DNA of 64,000 nucleotides from contig CDMY01000303.1 in assembly GCA_001179505.1 (NCBI GenBank), forward strand, positions 62,001 through 126,000. The letters are read 5' to 3'. Below the pieces are notes generated by a model that was given only the letters and a program-made list of their open reading frames with translations, was not told the DNA's origin and made no database searches. This document shows, one piece after another, positions 48,821 to 59,287 of the stretch (positions are counted from its first letter, which is position 1; every line of letters begins with the position of its first letter). This DNA comes from Vitrella brassicaformis CCMP3155. Lineage: Eukaryota; Protista; Chromerida. The position numbers and the translations under genes are program-made.

Positions 48821-51800
48821 ATGAAACGCCCGAACCCAGATCCGACGCAAGAAGAAGCCAGGTGAACCCAGACAGCAACACCACAACGACCACACACACT
48901 CACTGATCTCCCTTGGTTGGCGCTGCGTACGTGCTACATGTGCAGCAAAGTCGCCCGATCTGATGGCGACCCGTCTGCAGCCGCGCCACAAGCACCTCAA
49001 GCACCACCACAAGGTCGGTTCGGTTGTGTATCGCTGTCCTCCCACCAATCTGTTTGTCTGTCTGTCTGTCTAATGCATCAGGCGATGTGAGTGCATCAGG
49101 TGAGGCCGCATCCGCTGCTGCTGCTGCTGTTGCTGTGTCGGTGTCGCCCGGGCCGGCTCCCATCTCGCCGGGCACCGCCGCAATCAGCAGCCCAGCGATG
49201 GAGGCCATGGCGAGGGCAGCACTCCTGGTAGCCAACACACATCAACACCATTCATTATATGCATCTGTCTACCTGCTGCTTGTGAAGGCGCAAGCGGGTG
49301 TTCCGAGCACCACTGACAGCAGCACAAAACCTGCAAGGTGCGCATTAGGATCAGGAAACAGAGGCGACCTGCCTGCCTGCCTGTCTGTCTGTCTGTCTGC
49401 CAGCCTGTCTTGCTCGGATGCACTCATTAGAATACCCTCCCTGGTGTCTGTCGTTTGCTGCCTGCCCATGTATGTGTGTGTGTGTGTGTGTCAGGAAGGT
49501 GTATGTGGGGAACGTGCCGATGCTCGTGACGGAGATGCAGATAAAGCAGTTCTTCAACACCATACTCGACTCACTGCTGCCAAACAAACCACCTGGCGAA
49601 GTGGTCAGAAGGAGAAGAAAACAAACGACGGGATGGATGGAGGCAGGCAGGGGCAGACAGACGGCAATGGTTGGTCGATCGGTCGATGGATGGATGGGTG
49701 GATCTGGGGGGCAGGTGACGGAGGTGTACCTGAACGCTGCGAAGCGGTTTGCCTTCATCGAACACCGGTCGGTATGCGTTTTTCTGCATACCCTACTCGG
49801 CGTGGGGGCTGCGGTTCGTTCATGTGTGTGCTCCGCCTGCTGCGTCTGGTCAGTTCCATCGAGGAGGCCAATTTCACCATCTCCCTCGACGGACTCAACA
49901 TGGTCAGACAGACAGACAGGGAGGGAGGGAGGGAGGGCAGGCACACGACCGTCATGGCACACGTGTGTATTGATTGCTCTGTGCAGATGGGGTGTTCGCT
50001 GAAGCTGCGTCGTCCGCAGGACTACAACGCCACCCTCGCGCAGGCCCAGCTGCAACAGGTACGTGTTAGGTTACGTACGTACGTACCAGAGGGAGAGAGA
50101 CTGTGAGTGCATTGCATGCGGACCAAAACGACCACAGTGCACTGCACTGCAAGCCATCGGCGTCGGACTCCTTCATTCACATGTGTATCGTATCGTATCG
50201 GCTCGATGCGCCACAGGAGATTGCTCGGAGGGGCGGCGTCTCTGTGGTTGCTGGGGCCAAGCCGCTCTCGTCTATCGCGGGCAGCCAGGGTAAATTAAAT
50301 GCATATATACACGCGACCGACCGAGCGACATCCATGGCTGTCTGTCTGTCTGTCTGTCTGTGGGTGCGTTGGATTGGATACACTGTGTGTTTGTGTTCAG
50401 AGATAGTGTCCACGTCGGTGGAGGACAGCCCCAACAAGGTCTTCATCGGCGGCCTCCCACACAACCTCTCGGAGCAAAACGTCAAGGTACCTACCCACAC
50501 ACTACAGCGGACAATGCTACATCCAGAGACGTATCCCTCCCCGGTTTGGTCTTGTCCGTCCGTTCGTCTGTCTGTCTGTCTGTGTGTCTTTGTGCAGGAG
50601 ATGCTGCAGAAGTTCGGCCCTCTCAAGGCCTTCCACCTCGTCAAGGTCAACCAACACACAAACGAACGCACTGACTGACTGACCCTCTCCCCCTCTCTCT
50701 CCGTCCCTCTCTCTCTCTCTCTCTCTGTGCGTGTGTGCATTCAGGAGCGTGAGAGGGACACGTCGAAGGGCTTCGCCTTCTGCGAGTGGCGCGACCCCAA
50801 CGTCACCGACGTCGCATGCGCCAACCTCAATGGGACCGTCATCGGTAGGGAGGGAGGGAGGGAGGGAGAGGGGGAGTACAGGTGGCCAGCATGCGCGCGG
50901 CATCTGTCTGTCTATCTGTCTGTCTGTCTGTGTCTGCGTGTCATGTGCTTGCTGTTCAGGCGACCGTACACTCAACGTGCGCCGGGCGCTTCCTCATGGG
51001 GTACGTCAGAGTGGAGTGAGAATATGGCACCAACACATTCATTCAGTACATCCCTGTGTGCCTCATGTGTGCCTCTGTGCGGCTGTAGAGTGCGTCATCG
51101 GTTGCGTCTGTGAGCCCGACCACAGTGGCGATTGTGTCAGGGGTGCCCAAGGCCGGCGGAATTGGGTGAGAGTGCGTGTGTCCAGTCCACAGAGCACGAC
51201 AACACAACACAACGCAGGCCTCGGCCCTCTGTGGATCCATCCATCCATCCACCTATCCGTTGCTGCAGCAAGCCGAGTCGCGTCATGTCGTTCACCAACC
51301 TCCTCACCGTTGCACATCTGGTCGGTACCAACACAAACACACACACGACTGCTAACCACCGACACAGAGCTCACCTGACCGACTGTGTGTGTCTCTGTTG
51401 GTGCGTATTGTGTCTGTGCCATCCATCCATCAGTCTAGCCACGATGAGATTCGACGTCTGATGGAGTTGGCGCGCGACGAGTGCGCCAAGATCGCCGCCG
51501 TGCGTGTGGTCGAGTTCCACAACGGCGCCGTTCTCGTCGAATTCCCTAACGTCAAAGACGCCGCCAGGGCCATCCAGAAATTCCAGAGTCAGAACCAGTG
51601 AAGGCGCCTCGATCCGTAACCCTTCTGTTGTCATCTCTCCCTCTGTCTCTCTCTCTGTGTCTTGGTTTATATGTCAGATGGTGTGTTGGACGGTCGCGTG
51701 ATGCAGGTATCGTTCGCCGAGCTCACCGCAAGCATGCAGCAGGCCGCCATTGCACGTATGCAGCAGGCCGCCGCTGCAGCTTCATCGGCTTCCGCCCCAT

Positions 51801-52045
51801 CGGCCCAACCGGCAGCAGCAGCAGCACCAGCACCAGCACCATCGAGCAGCCCCTCCCCTCCCCCTCCCCCATGCCCATCCAATGGCACCCTGCCAAACGA
51901 CGCAGCAGAAGAAAGAGGTGGCCAGACGGACGCGGCCCCCAGGAGCAATGGGACTGGCGACAGGCCAGATACCGGGCCGAGCCAAGGGGCGGGGGAGGCC
52001 AATGGCGGCGATGGGGCGAACGACAGAGAGGGCGACAAGAGCTGA
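48821..52045 (+). CDS. U2AF2: U2AF large-subunit (U2AF65)-like splicing factor, three RRM/UHM domains
   Basis: RRM1 KVYVGNVP...KRFAFIEHRSIEEA...LDG...LKLRRPQDY. RRM2 [35 protein letters not shown]...SKGFAFCEW...VTDVACANLNG...TLNVRRA. Third domain RDECAKIAAV...VLVEF...A.RA...LDGRVMQVSF. Start MKRPNPDPTQEEAR is inferred. Confidence 0.88.
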
Positions 52046-52050
52046 CAGGG

Positions 52051-52350
52051 NNNNNNNNNNNNNNNNNNNNNNNNNNNNNNNNNNNNNNNNNNNNNNNNNN
52101 NNNNNNNNNNNNNNNNNNNNNNNNNNNNNNNNNNNNNNNNNNNNNNNNNNNNNNNNNNNNNNNNNNNNNNNNNNNNNNNNNNNNNNNNNNNNNNNNNNNN
52201 NNNNNNNNNNNNNNNNNNNNNNNNNNNNNNNNNNNNNNNNNNNNNNNNNNNNNNNNNNNNNNNNNNNNNNNNNNNNNNNNNNNNNNNNNNNNNNNNNNNN
52301 NNNNNNNNNNNNNNNNNNNNNNNNNNNNNNNNNNNNNNNNNNNNNNNNNN
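52051..52350. other. Assembly gap (300 N)
   Basis: Run of N just after the U2AF-like stop codon. Confidence 0.99.
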
Positions 52351-52807
52351 AGTCATTCAGTCACTTTGCGTGCGTCCGTGCTTGCGCGTGTGACTATGTG
52401 TGTGTCAGTCAATGGTTGCTGGACGTTGCAGACAGACCTGTGCAAGTACTTGCACAGAGATGAACGAACAAGACGTCCGTTCCGTTCCGTTGGATGCATG
52501 CTGCTGTATTGGTGCTGATTGAATCCATCGATTCACACACTAGAATCCATCGATCCAAACAGTCCGCACAAAAGAGAAATTCAGTCGTTTCCGTGATATA
52601 GTGTGTCAGCATAGCATCAAGCAAGAACCGACCGAAAAAGGTGGGGGACGAATGAATGCAAACCGACATGCGAAGCGACGTCACCCGTTCGTTGTCTCTT
52701 CGACCCACATGGGAGCCATCAAATGGCCGACTCACACCGACCCCCTCTCTCTCTCTCCCCATGGCCACAGGGAGGGAGGGAAGGAGCGCATCATCCACCA
52801 CTGGTAG

Positions 52808-55451
52808 CTACGGGGCGCCCGCACCGCCAGCAGCAACGGTGTCTGTCGTCTCCTGCGGTGCTGAAGGTGCGTCAGATCGCCGGAGCGCCCGCATGGCTGG
52901 CTCAAGCGCCCTGTTGGTGGCCTCCAGCTGCAGCACCACCCAGGCGTACTCCTGCCGGAAGGAGTCACTCATCTCAGCCCGGGAAGCCGCAGCACCAGCA
53001 GAAGCAGAAGCAGCAGCAGCAGCGGCAGCAGCAGAACCACCGCCCCCGTCCGCTGCTGAGGCGGCATCGTCGGTCGCATTGTTGGCCGCCACCTCTGTGT
53101 TGATCTGCATTGCCCCGTCAGTCACATAGGTAGACAGAATGACAGACGGATAGATAGATAGACAGAGGGAGGGAGGAATGCCATCGGTGGGCTGCCTACC
53201 GTCCTGAGGGTGTGGAGCAGCCTCTCCTTGCGATCGAGGAGCCGAATCATGGCCGCCAGGCACCCCACATCCAGCGCTGCACTCGCACAGACAGACAGAC
53301 AGACGCCCGTAAGAATGGGTGGTTCCTCGGTGCGGGCGCTCTGCAGCTCACCGCTGATGCATGTGTTGACTCGGCCCGAAAACTCTGACAAGAAGCCGAT
53401 GGCCTCATCCTGTGCATCATAGCCCTCTGCACACACAACACATCCATCCATCCATCGATCCATCGATTGACAAGGCCGCCGCCAGGCGACCCCCGTGAGT
53501 GTTATTTACCGAGGAGGTGCGTGTCGGCGACATCGAGCCTCCGGCCGTCGGTCGTGTCTGTGAGGGGAAAGACGTCCGTGTCGACGACAGACGCGATGCC
53601 GCCAGCATCCGGGCGGCTCAAGTGCACGAAGTATCGACACACCGAAGTGGCGCCGTCAGTGTCTGGCGAGGGGAAAGCGGAGGGGCTCGCCAGCCCGTCA
53701 GATCTGATGTGAACCAATCCATTGTCAGACAGGGAGGGAGGGAGGGGGGGCAGAGAGATGGTTGGCTGACCCCGTTGTGGTGAAGTCGGCCGTGCCCATG
53801 ATGGTCCCCTGCTCCAGCTCGCGAGTGTTCGGGTGCACAGCTGCAGCCAGACACCGAACCAGGGAGCGCAGAGCACCGCACCCCACCGCACCACCTATCG
53901 CGTACGCGCCGTTGGGTGTTCGTGCATGCATTAATGTTTACCGAGGACGGAGTCGCCTGACACGAATGGCTGGGGGATCACCTGCACTCACACACGGAAT
54001 CGAATCGCACACATCACATGCGCGCCATGCGTACGCCTCGATATGGTCCCCCACGCCGCCACGCCAGCAACGAATCGAATGGACTGACTGACCTGCAGGT
54101 ACGAGAAGAGGTCTCGGAACTCGTGGGGCACCTGCCGCTTCGCCTGCAGCAGGTGGACCGCATGACGATACCTACAGACAGACACCAGACACCAATGCAA
54201 TACAATGCGATCAATGCTCTCTCTCTCGTGTACATCCGATGGGGGAGTGGAGGGGCCTTGACGCACCTCTGTAGCTTGTGCCTTTCTTGTGCGAGGAATT
54301 TGGCCGACAGCCGCCGCATCCGGCCCATCTCGGCACGCAGACGACTCCACTCACGACGCAGCAAACCGACACGCTGATGACGGATATTTGCAGGCTCGGC
54401 TCGTGTCGACACGTCCTGTAGAGTTAGTTCTTGCCTCTCTAACCTACCCGCTGTCTGTTTTGGTGCAGGATGGGGCACCGCTGGCAGAGTGTGGCCTCAA
54501 ACTCATTGGTGTCGAAGTACAGCCGGTCTATCGGGCTGTAACACCACTCATACCTACACACAACACAACACACCGATAGATAGATGAGATGCATGAACCA
54601 ATCGATGGATGGATGCGAAGAGCCAGCCATACGTATCTGATCTGAATGCCTGCAAACCAGCCCACCATCTCCCCCACACACCGACCTGCAGAATTTGGTG
54701 GCGGCTGAGGACATCAGGCACCGCCTCAGCTCCAGCTCGCGCCTCATCAGGCTATAGCGCACCTTGCTGTCGGTGTCCTCTCCTGCTGCTGCTGCTGCTG
54801 CCGAGGCATCAGTCATCTCGCCGCGAAGGGCCTGCACCAACGAGATGAATGAAGCCCCTGGCTGTGCGTGTGTGTGTTTGTTTGTTTGCGCCCCCTCATA
54901 CCCCCCTACCTGATAGCCATCGTCGACAAGAGGCGCGACGGACCTGAGTGTTCGAACACATACCCGGATGGATGGACAGATGGACACCCTCAAATGCGTC
55001 AGTCAGGCTCGCTCTTGTCTGCGTGTAGCCATCAAGCACTATCCATCCCTCCCTCAATCCATCCATCGATCGTACCATGCCTTGCGCAACGCACGCCGGC
55101 GCTGCACAGGGGCAGCCCCGCTCCCTGCCGAAACGTGCTCCTGGTCCTGCACACAACACATACAAGGGCGGAGCTCGATGAGCACACGACCACGGCGTTC
55201 GTGCATTGAATGACTGACCGTCGTGGGCTGTGCTTCTCCGTCGCCGCCGGCCGTCATGGCCTCGTCCTTCTTGCCTCCCTCCTCGCCAGCCCGCATTCTG
55301 ACCATCGCACACACACACGGAAGGAAAGGACGCCATTGTATGCATACGACAGACACATCCAGTCGATGCGATGTGCGTGTTCTGGTGGATGAATGAGCTG
55401 CAGCCATACAGGGCCTACCTACCTCAGGAGCTGTGCCGCAAGCCTTGCCAT
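52808..55451 (-). CDS. LIN9: LIN9 / ALWAYS EARLY-like protein (DIRP domain, Tudor-like region, C-terminal helices)
   Basis: KFCRYEWCYSPIDRLYFDTNEF and LLRREWSRLRAEMGRMRRLSAKFLAQERHKLQRYRHAV (DIRP: FEWFYS.ID...F...EF; R.EW..IR..lG.PRR.S..FL.EER..L..YR). Also AVHPNTRELEQGTI, LAAMIRLLDRKERLL and FRQEYAWVVLQLEATNRALEPAMRALR. The 5' end is approximate. Confidence 0.82.
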
Positions 55452-55638
55452 CGGGCCGACGGAGAAGTCATGAACCCATCAGCTCATTGGTCGGCCATGA
55501 TATTGGAACACTCAGGGAATCCAAAGTGGCACAAAAACTCATCATGATGTCTCGTAGATCTCACGATAGTACGAGCTTAGTGGAGAAGAAGCGTGGATGG
55601 CATTCTTCCGACCCAGATTTTTCTCTCGGTGACCGAAG

Positions 55639-58032
55639 ATGGAGTGCCCTAACTGGATCTTCGCCCTGGTGCTCGTCTTCTCGCTATGGCGCATCCGCGT
55701 CGACGCCCGCCGCATCTCAGCCCACACTCGAGGGGCGCCTGCAGCCTTCCTGCATCTCATGCCTCAACTGCCAACATTCGGCACAGATCGCCGCACCGGC
55801 AGGCAACGAAGAGGCCATGCAGAAGCAGCAGCAGCAGCTGCCTCATCCCAACCTTCCCCTGTGGATGAGCTCATCGCCGAGCAGCCGTCCCTCTCGCCCA
55901 TCCAGACGGACGCCAATGTGCCCGACGGCCACAGGGGGCTGCACTCGTTCCTCTACGACGACGGCAAGGAGGACGACGCCCATGCGGCCAAGCCAGCCGG
56001 CAGCCGCGGCCGAGTGCGGTTCGACGGCGTCAACATGTATGGTGTGGATCGGTGGCTGGGCATGCACAGGGAGGAGAGGGTGTGCGGGGTGTACAGCGTC
56101 CTCGACGAGGACCGGTCTGTGCAGTATGTGGGGGTCTCCAGGAACGTCGCTGTCGCACTGGAGAGCCACAGGCGGCAGACGCCGCCGGGCACCGTCGCTT
56201 TCGTCCGAATCAAGGTGCGCACTGAGGCAGACAGACAGAAAGGTGTGTGTGCGTGTGTCCAAAATGTGTGTGGCTGCGTGTGATCCATCTCTGTGTGCAG
56301 AGCTGGGACTATCCTCGTCGGGAGGAGATGGATGCGCTGAGGGACGAGTGGATCAGGGAGAGCGGGAGGGTGCCCCCGGGCAATGAGGACGCCTCACTGG
56401 GATTTGCAGAGACCATCAAGGACGTACGTACCTATGCACGCACCCACAATGCACAGACGAGGAGGAGAGGCATCGACGTGTTTGCGTCTGTGGTTGCAGG
56501 CGTCTACTGACGGCATGAAGGATGACGAGAGGCAGCAGTACCACGATAACAAGGTGGGCCAGCGAGTGGGTCAGGGGCGCCACTGACTCACCAGACAGAC
56601 AGGCAGACCAACCCATCCATCCATCAGCCGCTCTCTCTGGCTGCGTGTGTCCATCCCTACTTGTCGCTCAGCTCAAGCTGCGGCGTGCAATGGCCGACAA
56701 CACACTCATCGACGAGACGCCAAACATCATCGAAGAGGAGATCATGAACAGGTCAGAACCAACCCACCCACCCAGAACGCACCGCTTCCACCGTCTATTA
56801 TGAATTGCCGTTGATTGTCACGTCACTTCACTTCACTTCACCTCACCTCAGGGAGGCCTTGCTGCACGCCCTCAAGGACGACGACTGGTCTGCCGTCATC
56901 GACGGGCAGACCAACGCGACCCTGAACCCACAACTCATCAACGCGCAGCTGCAGGAGGCACTCAAGATCGGCCGTGACGACACCTCCACAGACACACAAG
57001 GGGAGGCAAACGTGGTCAGCCCATTCGCCCCCGGCAGGCAGGGCGACGACGCAGTGGCAGCACGGACAGCCGAACCTGCTGAGTGTAGGCCCGCCACGCA
57101 CATAGCAGCCAGCACCCACATCCTTCAGCTTTGATTCGCGGTATGTGTGTGGTGGGTGTGTGTGCGCAGCTCTGCCGCTGACAGTGGACAACGTGGATAG
57201 GGTGCTGGACGATGTGCGGCCGTACCTGCAGGCCGATGGGGGCAATGTCATGGTGGTCGCCGTCGACCCCACACACAAAACGGTCACTGGCAGGCAGCAA
57301 GGCAGATTCTGGCGAGATTAGACATTTATGAGGCATTCATTCATTCAGCCATGGCTGAATCGTCCCTTCTCTTGGTGCGGTGTGTGCAGATCAGCCTGGC
57401 GCTGCAGGGTGCGTGTGGCAACTGCCCGTCGTCCCAGATGACGCTCAAGATGGGCATCGAACGGCTCCTCAAGTACGCACCGCGCCGACCCGACATCAGT
57501 GAATGCCACACTCATCTGCCTGCGTCTCTCTTTCGTGTTTCCGTTCCTTCCCTCCACACGTCACTTGTCGTGTGTGCAGGGAGACGTGGCCCGACTTGAA
57601 TGACGTCGTTCCAGTGTCCGACCCCTCCTCGCCCCATGCGGCCCCCGCCCCCCTGCCCTTCGGCGTGGAGCTCATCGAACGGCACCTCGAGGAAGTGCGG
57701 TGGGGCCTCAACGGCATGGGCGCATCGTGCGATGTCATCGAGGCCAAAGGTGGGTACCACACACAGACAAGACAGACAGACAGACAGACATGGGTGTTCC
57801 ATGTGTCTGGTGTCTGGTTCATGGATCCTTCTGTGTGTGGGTGTGGGTGTGGTTGTGGTTGTGTGCAGATGGTCGTGCGGTGCTGCGGTATGCCGGTCCA
57901 GACCCAGGCCGGATCACGTTCGGGATCGAGCTGATGCTCAAGGACGCCGTGCCCAACAACCAGCTGCAGGTCGTCGAGTTCGTCACTGACGAGCCTCAGA
58001 CGGACGACAGGCAGCAGGCCACAGCGGCATAG
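55639..58032 (+). CDS. NFU: Plastid-targeted NifU-C (NFU) Fe-S carrier fused to an N-terminal GIY-YIG-like domain
   Basis: Signal peptide + AAF transit start. GVYSVLDEDRSVQYVGVSRN...E..EW (GIY-YIG-like). LTVDNVDRVLDDVRPYLQADGGNV...LALQGACGNCPSSQMTLKMGIERLLK (NFU CxxC). A second, Cys-less NFU-like domain ELIERHLEEVRWGLNGMGASCDV...ITFGIELMLKD. Stop at 58032. Confidence 0.9.
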
Positions 58033-58781
58033 ACGGGGGGAGGGGGGAGGGGGCGGCAGGGGGGATTGACGGATGGTGAGGTGGATGGCCATATGTGAAT
58101 GCTCTATTGGGCATGCCTGCCTGCCTGCCTGCTGCCGTTGTGATGGATGCGCTGAGGTGCGATGGGACGGGCACATAGAGATCGAGTGCAAAGGTGACTG
58201 AAGGACACTTTTGTGTGTTGAACTCATTATCCATCGTCTTGTTTATGCATACGTACAATGCGCCGACACGCCCATCTCTCTCTCTCTCCCTCCCTCCCTC
58301 TCTACGTGTCTGTTCATGTGAGTGGTCGGGTCAGCGACCCTTGTGTGACCTCGTCTCGTCAAGGATTTTTCCACACATCCATCGAGTCACGTGTCTCATC
58401 GCATCACCATCGCCTCGAGTGTTCCACACGAACCGCACTTCACCTCACACCCACACTCCGTGACGTGCTCTAGGCATCCCTCCATCCATCCATCCAGTTT
58501 ACGAAAATCGGCACACACCGTGCAAACGTGCAGAGAGGGGGGGGGGGACACATCAATCGCACAGTTAGACTGCCCATGGCTGCGGACAACCCACAGACAC
58601 TCTTAGATACAGAGAGATGTAGAGAGAGACGCGCTGGCCGATTGAGCCACGTGTGCGCGTGGGGGAGTGGGTGCCTGGCGACAGGGTAAGAGAGAGAGAG
58701 CCGGGCATACAAAGGAAAAAGGTAAAGAGAAAGGACTGTGCCCTCGGCACATACACCACACACCGCCAGTCATCACACGCG

Positions 58782-58922
58782 CAACACAGTGGCCCATGTG
58801 GCCATGACGTGATATATATTGAAACGTCATAACCGAATAAAAGGCAGAGGCAACACGACACGCAGAACGTCTGTTGGGTACTGTTGTGTTTGTGCGTCGC
58901 TCGGGAGCGATGCACAGGCAGG
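58782..58922 (+). repeat. ~140 bp dispersed repeat, second copy at 62989-63140
   Basis: Shared caacacagtgg(c/t)ccatgtggccat(g/c)acgtgatatatattgaaacgtcataa(c/g)cgaataaaaggcagaggcaacacgacacg...gggagcgatgcacaggcag. Confidence 0.85.
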
Positions 58923-59074
58923 CAGGCAGGCGGCTACGAAACGAGTGCATATCATCAAGTACCACGATCAGTCAGTCCGCCCCACTCCCACAAGATGATC
59001 GATCGGGATCACTGCCACAGACACAGCCGAAACGCCCACACGACACGACACGACATACGGAAAACTGACTGCTG

Positions 59075-59287
59075 CTACTGCTCCTGGGCGGCGAGTTGCT
59101 GCTTGGCGGCATCCAGCTCTTCTTGCAGCTGCTTGTTCTTGGCCCGCAGCTCATTGTTCTCGGCCCGCAGCTGACGGATACAGTTGATTACGTCTTCCAT
59201 GTCTTGGCTCTCGTTGTTCAGCGCTTGGGTCTTGTTGACCAAGGATTGGAGAGCTTTGTCCTGTTGTGGGTCGCTGCCCTGGTCCAT
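59075..59287 (-). CDS. Small coiled-coil protein (70 aa; may have upstream exons)
   Basis: MDQGSDPQQDKALQSLVNKTQALNNESQDMEDVINCIRQLRAENNELRAKNKQLQEELDAAKQQLAAQEQ* shows coding-like codon bias and heptads. An acceptor (gtgtgtag) lies ~45 nt upstream of the ATG. Confidence 0.6.
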   Translation of the reverse strand: MDQGSDPQQDKALQSLVNKTQALNNESQDMEDVINCIRQLRAENNELRAKNKQLQEELDAAKQQLAAQEQ

